A DNA stretch of 64,000 nt, taken from contig CAVWBU010000024.1 in the NCBI GenBank assembly GCA_963753345.1, positions 171,483 to 235,482 of the forward strand. The letters run 5' to 3'. Shown piece by piece: positions 42,789 to 52,120 of this stretch. A program made the translations under genes and the position numbers. Every line of letters begins with the position of its first letter. The first letter of the stretch is position 1. The notes beneath the pieces were generated by a model. That model was not told where the DNA came from and did no database searches. It saw only the letters and a program-made list of their open reading frames with translations. Source of the stretch: an uncultured Fibrobacterota bacterium. Lineage in GTDB: Bacteria; Fibrobacterota; Chitinivibrionia; Chitinivibrionales; FEN-1185.

Positions 42789-43411
42789 AACGATTAGCCT
42801 TCTATCTCATGATCGTCTTGTTTTCCACGAATGCCTGCTCCTTTGATAACGACCGTAAGGGGTTCGTTTTCGGCATTGGATTGTCACCAGACTTCACGTA
42901 CACGTATGTGTCAACCTCCCTCGGCAGCCAATCCGGTTGGTACAATAACTATCTTGGGGGACTTGCCGGGGAGTTGCGCCTCGGTTATTCGAGATCAGGG
43001 AAGAATATTTCAAGCTTCATTTCTTCCTTTACATGGAATTATCCAAGCGACCAGTTTAATTATTCTTTGTTCGGAGGTTACGCATTTTCCCATTATATCA
43101 ATGAATCGGGGCCGTCACTTGCATATGATTTTTCTGTGGACTTGGGTTTTAGGCATACCAACGTCATTGACCAAGGAATAGGTTCCTTTGGGATGAGGAC
43201 GGCTTTCAAGGTGGGGTTTGAGCTTGGCAAGCACATCAGTGTCTGGCTTGGGGACAGGATATTTTATCAGGTTGATTCTTACACTATTAATCGGACGACG
43301 ATTGATCCAAACGACCCTACAAATACGATCCGCTCTCTGGGCAGCCAAAGTGTGACGGAAAACGGCTTCGGCAATTCGGTTTTTATTATTCTCGGTTACA
43401 CGCTGTATTGA
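42785..43411 (+). CDS. small outer-membrane beta-barrel lipoprotein (hypothetical)
   Basis: The start overlaps the upstream stop by 4 nt. The signal/lipobox is LFSTNAC. The product is Gly/aromatic-rich with beta-strand character and ends in GYTLY. Confidence 0.55.
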   Translation: MKRLAFYLMIVLFSTNACSFDNDRKGFVFGIGLSPDFTYTYVSTSLGSQSGWYNNYLGGLAGELRLGYSRSGKNISSFISSFTWNYPSDQFNYSLFGGYAFSHYINESGPSLAYDFSVDLGFRHTNVIDQGIGSFGMRTAFKVGFELGKHISVWLGDRIFYQVDSYTINRTTIDPNDPTNTIRSLGSQSVTENGFGNSVFIILGYTLY

Positions 43412-43460
43412 TTAACGGGGCGGGACCCGTTTAAAATAAGAATACCCGCGCGCTTCTCAC

Positions 43461-43730
43461 CTACCGCAGCACCCTTGCCGTCACCTCTTCCTTTGTCAAC
43501 CCGATAACCTTCACCAGTTTGTTCTTCGATGCCAGCCCATGCAGTATCGAGATGCAGGATTTCGGCAGGTCAAGCGTTTCGGCAAGGAGCGCGATAAGAG
43601 CGGCATTGGCCTTTCCCTCGATGGGAGGCGCGTGCACGCGCGCCAGAAGCGAACCGTCGGGCCCTGTTTCGATTGCGTCCTGTTTCGCGTTCGGCCTGAG
43701 GCGGACGCCGACGGTGCAGGACGGCGCCAT
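43461..43730 (-). CDS. DUF167 (YggU) family protein
   Basis: The pattern RLRPNAKQDAI...PPIEGKANAALIALLAETLDLPKSCISILHGLASKNK is present. The start is set at ATG 43730, just after the DivIVA stop. Confidence 0.75.
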   Translation of the reverse strand: MAPSCTVGVRLRPNAKQDAIETGPDGSLLARVHAPPIEGKANAALIALLAETLDLPKSCISILHGLASKNKLVKVIGLTKEEVTARVLR

Positions 43731-43734
43731 CGCG

Positions 43735-44292
43735 TTACAGGTCCATGCCCTGCGCGAGGTCGGGCCGGGAGGGAATTTCGTCCAGGGTTTCTTCGCCGGC
43801 GATGGACGTGTCGGAAGCACGGCCGGCCGCAGCCCCTCCGCTCAGGTCGTCGCTGATCACGCTCAGCAGTTCGAGCTGGGTCTTGAGCATGGCGCGGAAG
43901 CGGGCGAGAAAACTGTCGCGCTGGGTCTTGAGCGATATGATCTCGCTTTCCAGGTCGTGCACGCGGCGGCGCGAATCGTCCTCGTAGCGGCCGGCCCGCA
44001 CCTGCGCGTCCTTCAGGATAAGCTCCGCTTCCTTCTGCGCATTGAGCCGCGCCTCGTCGGTCGCCTTCTGGGCGGTAAGCAGGGTGTCGCTGAGGGTCTG
44101 CTCTATCTTGACATAATGATCGAGCTTCTCCTCGAGGTGCTTGATGCGCGTGGTGAACTCGTCGTTCTCCCGGATGATCTTCTCGTACTCGTTCGCCACC
44201 TGTTCGAGGAACGTGTTGACCTGGTCCCGGTCAAACCCGCTCAGGGTGTGGCGGAACGGCATTTTTCTGATGTCAAGGGGCGTAAGGTGCAT
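43735..44292 (-). CDS. DivIVA-domain protein
   Basis: MHLTPLDIRKMPFRHTLSGFDRDQVNTFLEQV is followed by a coiled coil. The RBS is AGGAG (aaagAGGAGacagtctATG). Confidence 0.8.
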   Translation of the reverse strand: MHLTPLDIRKMPFRHTLSGFDRDQVNTFLEQVANEYEKIIRENDEFTTRIKHLEEKLDHYVKIEQTLSDTLLTAQKATDEARLNAQKEAELILKDAQVRAGRYEDDSRRRVHDLESEIISLKTQRDSFLARFRAMLKTQLELLSVISDDLSGGAAAGRASDTSIAGEETLDEIPSRPDLAQGMDL

Positions 44293-44458
44293 AGACTGTC
44301 TCCTCTTTGAGGTACCGGCTGTGCGGATAAAATAATTCGTGAAGCGCCGCGGGTTTCGGTTTGTGAAGACTCCGCGGGCCGCCGGCTTCCTTGCCTGATT
44401 GTTCAAAACCTCGCCGCCAAGGCTCGCCCGCGACCTGATCGGGGGCGCAAAGGACGGG

Positions 44459-45154
44459 CTAGCGCTGCGGCGCATTCCTGTTCCCCAGAAGCAAGGTCCC
44501 GACCCGTATGATGGTCGCGCCCTCTTCTATGGCCCATTCGAAATCCGAGCTCATGCCCATGGAAAGCTCGGGCCTGGGGCGCCATTGCCTGCACCCTTCG
44601 GCAAGCGCACGCAGCGCTGCGAACGACGCGCGCGTTGCGGCCTCGGGGGCCGAAAGCGGGCCGATGGTCATGAGGCCGCAAAACTCGAGATTGGCGCAAG
44701 CGGCAACGTGTCCCGCGAGTTCGAGGCATTCTTCCGGCGCGCAACCCGACTTGGCCTCCTCGGCCGAGGTCTTCACCTGCACGAGCGCTCTTATTCTCTT
44801 CTGACAAGTCTGCGCCGCGGCATTCACCTTGTCGGCGAGACGGGCGCTGTCGATGGACTGGATCCAGGACACCAGCGGGACAGCCTTGTTCACCTTGTTG
44901 GTCTGCAAATGGCCCACCAGATGCATGTCGAACGCGCCGCAAAGATGCGGGACCTTGGCCTCGATCTCCTGCACCCGGTTCTCGCCGATGTCCCTTATCC
45001 CCGCGTCGACAAGCGCCTGCACGGTCTCTGTCGGGTGCGTTTTCGTCACGACCACGATGCGGATGTCGGAGGGATTTCTTCCGCAACGGGCGCAGGCGGC
45101 GGCGATGCGGTCTTGAAGTGCGCGATAGCGGGAGGAGAAATCCAAGGTGTCCAT
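44459..45154 (-). CDS. yggS: YggS-family pyridoxal-phosphate homeostasis protein
   Basis: VVVTKTHPTETVQALVDAGIRDIGENRVQE and HLVGHLQTNK are present. The start is set at ATG 45154. Confidence 0.85.
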   Translation of the reverse strand: MDTLDFSSRYRALQDRIAAACARCGRNPSDIRIVVVTKTHPTETVQALVDAGIRDIGENRVQEIEAKVPHLCGAFDMHLVGHLQTNKVNKAVPLVSWIQSIDSARLADKVNAAAQTCQKRIRALVQVKTSAEEAKSGCAPEECLELAGHVAACANLEFCGLMTIGPLSAPEAATRASFAALRALAEGCRQWRPRPELSMGMSSDFEWAIEEGATIIRVGTLLLGNRNAPQR

Positions 45155-45328
45155 ACAGTACCTTTCGCATATACTGCGAAGGAAAAGGGTTTCGATGATA
45201 TGTCTGATCAAAAAATAATTCGAGCCCCACCGCCGGTTTCCCCGGTTCTCTTTTGCGCGCCGCACCGGCGCTCCTCAGTTATTTTTCCATCAAACACTTT
45301 CCTTTCATTAACCTTGTTATCATACAGT

Positions 45329-46375
45329 ATGCCGACACCAACCATCCTTCACTTTTCCACCGGAAGACATTTTCGCGGCGGAGAACGGCAGATCGAATTC
45401 CTGCATACCGGTCTCGGCGGCGCGGGAATGCGAAGCATTCTGGTCTGCAGAAAGGGCGGCGGGCTTTCCGGCCGGAACCTTGCCAACGTCATTCCCCTGC
45501 CGTGGCGCGGAGAGTGGGACGCCCTAGGTTTGGCGGAGTTTATTCGCATTTGCAAACAGTACCGTCCTGCGATCATCCACAGTCACGACGGCCACTCGCT
45601 TGCGCACGCGTCAATTGCCGGCGCGTTCACGGGCGCGGCCGTGGTCCACACGCGGCGCGTGAACTTCCCGCTCGGGCAGTCGGCGTTTTCCCGGTGGAAA
45701 TATGCGCGGTGCAGGGCCGTCATCGGCGTTTCCGAAGCGGTCGCGCGCGCCTGCAAGGAGGCGTTCCCCACGGTGCGGGTGCACACGGTGCACGACGGCG
45801 TCGACTGGTCCGCGCCCATCCTTGCGCGGAGCAACGCGCGGCAAGAGCTCGGCATCAGCGGCGAGGCATTCGTGATCGGCGCGGTCGCATACTTTACCGA
45901 AGAGAAAAACCTTGTGCTTCTCGCCTCCCTCGCGCGGTCCCTTCTGTCCCGCTTCCCGTCGGCGCGCGTCGTATGCATCGGACCGGTTCACGCCGGAACA
46001 AAGGGACTTCCCCCGAACATGGTCTTTGCGGGGTTTCGCGACAACGCCGTCCGCTACTACGCCGCGTTCGACGCGTTCGTCTCGGCATCCCTGTGGGAGG
46101 GCCTGGGCAGCGCGCTTCTCGACGCGGTGGTGCGCGATATCCCGTGCGTTGCGGTTGACGGAGGCGGGACGCGCGACCTGTTTCCCGACCCGGGCGCGCT
46201 CGTCAAGCCTGGGGATGAGGAGGGATTCGTTTCCGCAACGGCGCGTCTCATTGACGGATACGAGCAAGCGCGCGCAGCGGCAGCCGCCTGCGGCGTACGC
46301 GCGCGGGACATGTTTTCAATCAGGACCATGGTGCAAAGGACTATGGACGTGTATCGGACGGCAGCGTCCCTGTGA
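45329..46375 (+). CDS. glycosyltransferase family 4 (GT-B fold)
   Basis: In-frame ATG 45329 gives MPTPTILHFSTGRHFRGGERQIEFL. A C-terminal E-x7-like block reads SLWEGLGSALLDAVVRDIPCVAV. The upstream part of the 658-aa ORF is a shadow of yggS. Confidence 0.7.
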   Translation: MPTPTILHFSTGRHFRGGERQIEFLHTGLGGAGMRSILVCRKGGGLSGRNLANVIPLPWRGEWDALGLAEFIRICKQYRPAIIHSHDGHSLAHASIAGAFTGAAVVHTRRVNFPLGQSAFSRWKYARCRAVIGVSEAVARACKEAFPTVRVHTVHDGVDWSAPILARSNARQELGISGEAFVIGAVAYFTEEKNLVLLASLARSLLSRFPSARVVCIGPVHAGTKGLPPNMVFAGFRDNAVRYYAAFDAFVSASLWEGLGSALLDAVVRDIPCVAVDGGGTRDLFPDPGALVKPGDEEGFVSATARLIDGYEQARAAAAACGVRARDMFSIRTMVQRTMDVYRTAASL

Positions 46376-46401
46376 TCAATGGAAGGTAGTGCGAGATAAC
46401 G

Positions 46402-47301
46402 GTGAAAATATCCGGATTTTCATTTGCGAGAAACGCGGACACGCTTGGCTACCCGGTGGCCGAGTCGATTCAATCCATCCTGCCGGTGTGCGACGAATTT
46501 GTTGTTGCCGTGGGCAAAGGCGACCCCGGCGACCGCACCCGCGATCTCATCGAAGGGATAGCGTCGCCCAAGATCAGGATCATCGACACCGAATGGACCG
46601 ACCGCGAGACCCTGAGGAGCCGCATCTACAGCCAGCAGACCAACCTCGCCCTTGCGCAGTGCACGGGCGACTGGTGTTTTTACATCCAGGCCGACGAGGT
46701 GATGCACGAGCAGTATCTGCCCGCGGTCCGCGCGAGGTGCGAAGCGCTTCTTGACAATACGCAAGTCGAGGGGCTGCTCTTCGCCTTTCGCCACTTCTGG
46801 GGGGATTACCGCCATTACCAGGACGCCCACGGCTGGTATCCGTTCGAGATTCGGATCGTGCGCAACCGCATCGGCGTGCAGTCCATCAACGACGCCCAGT
46901 CGTTCCGGAAGGAAGAAAGGAAACTGCATGTCGCCTATGCAAACGCCACGATGTTCCATTACGGCTGGGTCCGGCACCCGAGGCTTATGCAGCAGCGGAA
47001 CCGCGCGGTGAGAACCACCTACCAGGGAAGCGAAGCCGCGGCCCTCCAGTGCGACAAGGCGCCCGACTCCTACGATTTCGGGGCAGTCGACGCGCTGCCC
47101 GTGTTTTCCGGCACGCATCCGGGCGTGATGGAACAGCGGATACGGGCCATGGACTGGGCCCACCTTCTCGTGCGTAAAGGACCTTTGCGGCCGCCCGGCC
47201 AGTCGCTCAAGCACCGGATCCTCACGGCAATCGAAAAGCGGTTCTTCGGCGGGAGACAAGTCGGCGGATACAGGAATTATGTGCTGCTGAAGCGGGTTTG
47301 A
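46402..47301 (+). CDS. putative glycosyltransferase (GT-A/GT2-like)
   Basis: The start is GTG. The pattern FARNADTLGYPVAESIQSILPVCDEFVVAVGKGDPGDRT..IRIIDTEW recurs in GT2-annotated LPS-locus proteins. The assignment is by recollection only. Confidence 0.45.
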   Translation: MKISGFSFARNADTLGYPVAESIQSILPVCDEFVVAVGKGDPGDRTRDLIEGIASPKIRIIDTEWTDRETLRSRIYSQQTNLALAQCTGDWCFYIQADEVMHEQYLPAVRARCEALLDNTQVEGLLFAFRHFWGDYRHYQDAHGWYPFEIRIVRNRIGVQSINDAQSFRKEERKLHVAYANATMFHYGWVRHPRLMQQRNRAVRTTYQGSEAAALQCDKAPDSYDFGAVDALPVFSGTHPGVMEQRIRAMDWAHLLVRKGPLRPPGQSLKHRILTAIEKRFFGGRQVGGYRNYVLLKRV

Positions 47302-47330
47302 GACGTTGTGCGGCCTGCGGAACATACGAA

Positions 47331-47360
47331 AGGCGCCGTCATGTGCCGGCGCCTCGTTTG
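47331..47360. terminator. possible bidirectional terminator between convergent genes
   Basis: An 8-bp stem AGGCGCCG (47331-38) / CGGCGCCT (47347-54) is followed by CGTTTGTC on the + strand and by TTTCGTATGTT on the minus strand. Confidence 0.4.
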
Positions 47361-47381
47361 TCATACGCGAATGCCTGACAA

Positions 47382-47909
47382 TCAGAACTGCAAGGTGAGC
47401 CCTCCATCGAGAAACCCGAACCCGCCGCAGTCTTCGAGAAACACGCCGAGCTTCGGGGTGAAATGCCAGCGCGCCCCGAGATACTCCCGGACGCCCCAGT
47501 CGGGAGCATACCCATTGAGCGCCGGCGCGACCCAGACGGTCGGCCCCACCCACACGTCAAGCTTGTCGCGGACCTTTATCTTGTCGGCCCACACCTTCAG
47601 ATTGAACGGATGAAACGCGGCCCTGCCGAGAAAGGTGATATAGGCTGCGTCCCAGGGGTACCATGCAGCGTCGGTGTAATAGTATCGAAAACCGATTCCG
47701 CCGCCGCCGGATATCGCGTCATGAAAAGCGTAATCGAAGGCAACGTGCGTGCCGAACACAAAAACCGGAAGCGCCACGCCCATGTCGAGATACTTGTCCC
47801 CTTTTGCGTAGCAGCTCCCCGAGCCCGTCGCCCAGTCTGCGGCGGCATTGGTTGACAAAACAAAACAGGCGCTCACAACGGCGCACAACAACGCAACGTG
47901 CTTTTTCAT
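47382..47909 (-). CDS. small outer-membrane beta-barrel protein
   Basis: The signal peptide is MKKHVALLCAVVSACFVLSTNAAA. The sequence has aromatic/Gly-rich strands and ends in GGLTLQF. Confidence 0.65.
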   Translation of the reverse strand: MKKHVALLCAVVSACFVLSTNAAADWATGSGSCYAKGDKYLDMGVALPVFVFGTHVAFDYAFHDAISGGGGIGFRYYYTDAAWYPWDAAYITFLGRAAFHPFNLKVWADKIKVRDKLDVWVGPTVWVAPALNGYAPDWGVREYLGARWHFTPKLGVFLEDCGGFGFLDGGLTLQF

Positions 47910-47958
47910 GGAAAACCTCCCTGTCTGAACGTTTGGGGGACCCTTGCTAAAAATATAA

Positions 47959-49605
47959 CTATTGTCGCGCGACCAAGTCCTGTTTCACGATTCCCTTTAC
48001 GGCCCAGGGGGTCTGCGGCCGGCCCATCCGGGAAATCGTCTCGCGGTCGTGCGGTATCGGGTTCGATTCGTGAAACAGGTGGTACTGAATCGCCGAGCGC
48101 GCCACGGTGCGCACCCGCACGCCAGCGACCTTGAACCGGTTGGAAAGGTTGTTGTCCTCGAGCCCCCTGCCCACGATGCTCTCCTCGTAGCCGTTGACAC
48201 GAAAGAAATCCCCCGTAAACACCGAAAAGTTGCTGCCGAGGATGCAGTAGTTTTTCCCGGCCGCCCGTTTCCATCCGTCCTCGAGGGCGGCCACGACCGG
48301 CGCGCGCACGCCGTGCCTGGAGCTTCCCTGCTCGGCGTGGCCGAACCAGAACGACATTCGCTCCAGCCGCCCGCTTTCCACGTCGTCGAGCGTGAGCGCG
48401 GAGGTGAGCTGTTTGTCAAGCATCACGCGCCTGCCGGAAAGCACGGTCCCCACGCGGCGCGCGCGCAGATGGCTGTGCAAAAACCGCCGGTGCGGCACCG
48501 AGTCGCCGTCGATGAAGCAGAGGTAGTCGCTGCGCGACCGCAGCGCGGCCCTGTTGGCGATCATGGTCTTTCTGAACCCGCAATGCTCCTGCCGCACATG
48601 CGCTACGGGATAGCGGAAGCGGCCCTGCCACTTGTCAATTACGCCGGCGACCTCCGGCCCCGACCCGTCGTCGGCGACGACCACTTCGAAGTCGCCGACG
48701 GTCTGGCGTGCAAGACCGGCAAGGACTTTCTCAAGGAAATCCGGCCTCTGGTGAACAGCAACAATCACCGATAGTGCGGGCCGGCACAGATAGACCAGGT
48801 CGTTCTTACGGTACGCCTCCGTGATCACGCGCAGCGGATGGGTGCAAGCGCGCGCCGAGGGCCGCGCGCGGAACGTTGCGCGGATAAAGTGGTGCACGAA
48901 CACGTCGCCGGCGATCATGCACTGCCGGGCGCGGCCGTCTTCGCTCTGCGACTTTACACAACGGAGTTGCAGGTCCCAGTCCGGCGCGGCGGCCGTCTCG
49001 TTCCATTGCCCGATCCGTTCGAAGAGGTCCCTTCTCGCCACCACCGCGTTGCCGGAAATGCCGGGATACATAAAGCGCGCGAAGTCCCTGCGTCTCTTGT
49101 CGGTAAACCTCTCCCAGTTGCCGTACATGCGGCCTATGAGCTTGCCAAGATCGCGCGCGGCGTACCGGATTCCGGATGCGGCGCGGAGCCGCTGCAGGGC
49201 GTTTATCCTCCGCCAGCGCCGCATGAAGCGCTTCGTCTTTTCAGGAGATTCCATGGTCTCGATGCCGCAGGGCGATATCGCATCGAGCTTGTAGTCGTCC
49301 ATGTAGCCGATGAGGGTCGCGTCCCAGGCTCTTGACAGATAGATGTCGTTGTTGAGGAACGCAACATAGTCGCCCATGGCCTTTTTGAGGCCCAGGTTCT
49401 GCGAGCAGCCATAGCAGAGGTTGTGCGGATTGCGGATCACCTCCGCGCCGTTTTCCTCAAAAAAATCGGCCGAGCCGTCGCGGGAGCCGTTGTCGACCAC
49501 CACGAGCTGATAGGGCTGCGACGTGTACTTCTCGAGCGACTCCAGGAACAGCCTGGAGTACTCGATCTGGTTGTGGACCGCGGTGACAACGGACAGCTTC
49601 TTCAT
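47959..49605 (-). CDS. two-domain glycosyltransferase family 2 protein
   Basis: The N-terminal domain reads LSVVTAVHNQIEYSRLFLESL..VVVDNGSRDGS. The C-terminal domain reads LSVIVAVHQRPDFLEKVLAGLARQT..VVVADDGSGPE. Confidence 0.8.
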   Translation of the reverse strand: MKKLSVVTAVHNQIEYSRLFLESLEKYTSQPYQLVVVDNGSRDGSADFFEENGAEVIRNPHNLCYGCSQNLGLKKAMGDYVAFLNNDIYLSRAWDATLIGYMDDYKLDAISPCGIETMESPEKTKRFMRRWRRINALQRLRAASGIRYAARDLGKLIGRMYGNWERFTDKRRRDFARFMYPGISGNAVVARRDLFERIGQWNETAAAPDWDLQLRCVKSQSEDGRARQCMIAGDVFVHHFIRATFRARPSARACTHPLRVITEAYRKNDLVYLCRPALSVIVAVHQRPDFLEKVLAGLARQTVGDFEVVVADDGSGPEVAGVIDKWQGRFRYPVAHVRQEHCGFRKTMIANRAALRSRSDYLCFIDGDSVPHRRFLHSHLRARRVGTVLSGRRVMLDKQLTSALTLDDVESGRLERMSFWFGHAEQGSSRHGVRAPVVAALEDGWKRAAGKNYCILGSNFSVFTGDFFRVNGYEESIVGRGLEDNNLSNRFKVAGVRVRTVARSAIQYHLFHESNPIPHDRETISRMGRPQTPWAVKGIVKQDLVARQ

Positions 49606-49611
49606 CGCGCC

Positions 49612-50439
49612 TTACCTTTTGACAATGCCAAGGTCGGCCCACGCCTTTGCGGGAAAGCAGTATGCAAGCACCGCCTCCCTGTCGTGCGGGACCGGGTCCG
49701 ATTCGTGGAACAGGTGGTACTGGAGCGCGACCCGGGTGACCGAGCGCACGGCGGCGCCCGAAAGTTTGAGCCGCTCGCGAAGGTTGTCGTCCTCCAGGCC
49801 CCTGCCCACGATGCCCTCGTCGTATCCGTTGACGGAACAGAAATCGTCCTTAAACAGCGAAAAATTGCTGCCGTACATCGAATATCCCTTTTTCCGCAGG
49901 TTCGAAAACCGCTGCAGCGCGGGGGCATACAGTCCGTGCTTGCGGTCGGACGGGTCGCAGTGGTTCCACCAGAGCCAGGGGCGCTCGATGCGGCCCGACA
50001 ACACGTCGTCGTTTGTCAATTTATCGGTGAGGAATTTGTCGAGCATCACACGCCTGCCGCCGAGCACGAAGCCGCGACGGCGATACCGAACATGGTTTTC
50101 CAGGAACCGCCGGTGAAGGATGCAGTCGCCGTCGATGAACGCAAGGTACTCGGACGACGACGACGCGACCGCCGCGTTGGCGATGGCGGTCTTGCGGAAC
50201 CCCTGATGCTCGTGCCGGACGTGCACGATGGGCCGCCCGAACCGCGGCGAGTACTGTTTGACAAGATCGACTATTGCCGGGCCCGAACCGTCGTCGGCCA
50301 CCACGGTCTCGAAGTCCCCGAGGGTCTGGTTTACAAGCGACAAGAAAACCTTTTCGAGAAAATCGGGCCTCTGGTACACCGCCACAATGAGCGACACGAG
50401 CGGCCGGTTCCCGGCCGAAGCAGGCCTTGCGCTCATCAT
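49612..50439 (-). CDS. glycosyltransferase family 2 protein
   Basis: VSLIVAVYQRPDFLEKVFLSLVNQT..TVVADDGSGP marks it as a paralogue of the C-terminal half of the upstream gene. Confidence 0.8.
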   Translation of the reverse strand: MMSARPASAGNRPLVSLIVAVYQRPDFLEKVFLSLVNQTLGDFETVVADDGSGPAIVDLVKQYSPRFGRPIVHVRHEHQGFRKTAIANAAVASSSSEYLAFIDGDCILHRRFLENHVRYRRRGFVLGGRRVMLDKFLTDKLTNDDVLSGRIERPWLWWNHCDPSDRKHGLYAPALQRFSNLRKKGYSMYGSNFSLFKDDFCSVNGYDEGIVGRGLEDDNLRERLKLSGAAVRSVTRVALQYHLFHESDPVPHDREAVLAYCFPAKAWADLGIVKR

Positions 50440-51314
50440 GCCTCACCGCAATTCTTTTTGATCCGCCGCGACCAGTCCTCCGATGCGTACCCGCCGCGCG
50501 ACTTGACACCCACGTACACGTCCCACAGCGATCCGAAATCGATGAGCCACGATGTTGCGCCCAGGTCGGGATACAGCCGGTGAATGAGCACGTTGGCGGT
50601 CATGGACGCCGAAAACGCAAACACCGCGGGACCGGACCGCAAGAAATACTCGCGCGCCTGCGCTTCGGTCTCGCGCCGTGCGGTGTAGCAGTTCTTGAGC
50701 GGCACCTCTATGAAATGATCGTAGGGAAACAACATGCTCTTTACGCCGCGAAGGTGCGCCGGACCCACCACCACCACCTTCATGGCCCGGAGCTGCTTTA
50801 CGAGAGGGAACAGAGTCGCGTCGTTGTTTGCATAGTGGAACACGTCGGCGTCGTGCCAGTCCAGCGCAACCGCGTTGGCGTCGAGAAACGCGCGGATGGC
50901 GGTCCCCATGTCGCGGATGGCACGGTATTGCATGCCGCACCAGTAGGCCGGGCGCGAAACGAGCGCCTCGCGCAAATCTGCGCCGAGTTCGGGAAAAAAC
51001 TCGTGGCCGTCGCAGTTTTCGCCGGGACGGCCCAGTATGGCGTTCCATTCCCCGTCGCCGAACCGGGAGAACGAAAAGGGCTTCCCCGCGGCCATCATCG
51101 AAACATAGTGCGACACCGGCCTGGCCTTCACCCGCACGAGCGAGCCCGGAAGATATTTCTGGCGAAATCGTTCAACAAATCTCAAGCGGTTTCCTCTTTG
51201 TTGCAGTGGCGCGGGAAGACTGCGACGGCGCCCTGAGGCATGCCCCGGGGCCACGCGCCGGCGGACCCTATCAAAATACATTTTCTCGGCGCGGAGCCAT
51301 ACGGCCGTCGTCAA
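50436..51314 (-). CDS. GT-D type glycosyltransferase (DUF1792-like)
   Basis: The motif FSFSRFGDGEWNAILG is present. The start is uncertain and several in-frame ATGs exist. The stop overlaps the next gene by 4 nt. Confidence 0.55.
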   Translation of the reverse strand: MTTAVWLRAEKMYFDRVRRRVAPGHASGRRRSLPAPLQQRGNRLRFVERFRQKYLPGSLVRVKARPVSHYVSMMAAGKPFSFSRFGDGEWNAILGRPGENCDGHEFFPELGADLREALVSRPAYWCGMQYRAIRDMGTAIRAFLDANAVALDWHDADVFHYANNDATLFPLVKQLRAMKVVVVGPAHLRGVKSMLFPYDHFIEVPLKNCYTARRETEAQAREYFLRSGPAVFAFSASMTANVLIHRLYPDLGATSWLIDFGSLWDVYVGVKSRGGYASEDWSRRIKKNCGEA

Positions 51315-51415
51315 ATCGAAACTGCGGCGCGGTCCTTTTCATTTGCGTCCAGAGCGGACATTGCCGCGCCGGTATATACTATATTTTTCGAACGACATTT
51401 TGTGCGGGAAACCCC

Positions 51416-52093
51416 ATGCTCGACTACATTCTCCTCCAATTCCAGCGCCTGCGCGGCCGGCGCCGTTACTTCCTTGCAAAGAACCGTCTTTACGGCCAGC
51501 GCGACTATTGGAACTGGCTCGCCGACGGAAAGCCGGCTGCGGTGCCGCATATTGTCAAGCAGATGGCCGTCAAGGAGTATGCGCGGCGGTTCGGGACCCG
51601 CGTGTTCATCGAAACAGGCACGTTTCTGGGAGAAATGATCGACGCGGTGCATCCGCTGTTCTCCCGCGTCTATTCCATCGAGCTGGCCGACCGGTTCTTC
51701 CGGGAGGCCCGGCACTATTTTCGCGGGCTGCCCCACGTCACCATCGTGCACGGCGACAGCGGCTCCCGGCTCCCCGAGCTTCTCTCCTCCGTCAATGAGC
51801 CCGCATTGTTCTGGCTCGACGGGCACTACTCCGGCGGGGACACGGCGCACGGCGCGCAGCCCACGCCCATTGTCGCCGAGCTGCGCGCCATTCTGGGCCA
51901 TTTTGTCAAGAGCCACGTCGTCCTCATCGACGATGCGCGCTGCTTTACCGGCAGCGGCGGGTATCCCACCCTTCGCGACGTGTACGACCTGGTGCGGCCC
52001 GAAGAACGCGGCCTTCGCATGGAACTCCGCGACGACATCGTCCGCATTTGTCCGGACATTGGCCCGCTCGAGACGTTTTCGCGCCCCGCGTGA
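51416..52093 (+). CDS. class I SAM-dependent methyltransferase-like protein
   Basis: The start is the in-frame ATG at 51416. VFIETGTFLGEMI (motif I-like), VTIVHGDS and LFWLDGHYS are present. The upstream part of the 421-aa ORF is a shadow of the opposite-strand gene. Confidence 0.5.
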   Translation: MLDYILLQFQRLRGRRRYFLAKNRLYGQRDYWNWLADGKPAAVPHIVKQMAVKEYARRFGTRVFIETGTFLGEMIDAVHPLFSRVYSIELADRFFREARHYFRGLPHVTIVHGDSGSRLPELLSSVNEPALFWLDGHYSGGDTAHGAQPTPIVAELRAILGHFVKSHVVLIDDARCFTGSGGYPTLRDVYDLVRPEERGLRMELRDDIVRICPDIGPLETFSRPA

Positions 52094-52120
52094 TCTCGTT
52101 GCACGCCCGCACTCGGCAGG

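Noticed and set aside
44399-45328. N-terminal 310 aa of the 658-aa + strand ORF, and similarly 50828..51415 of the 421-aa ORF and 17988..18251 of the 372-aa ORF.
   Set aside because: The upstream portions are Arg/Gly-rich shadows of opposite-strand or upstream genes (yggS, the DUF1792 gene, the thiC 3' end). Family-like sequence begins only at internal ATGs (45329, 51416, 18252).
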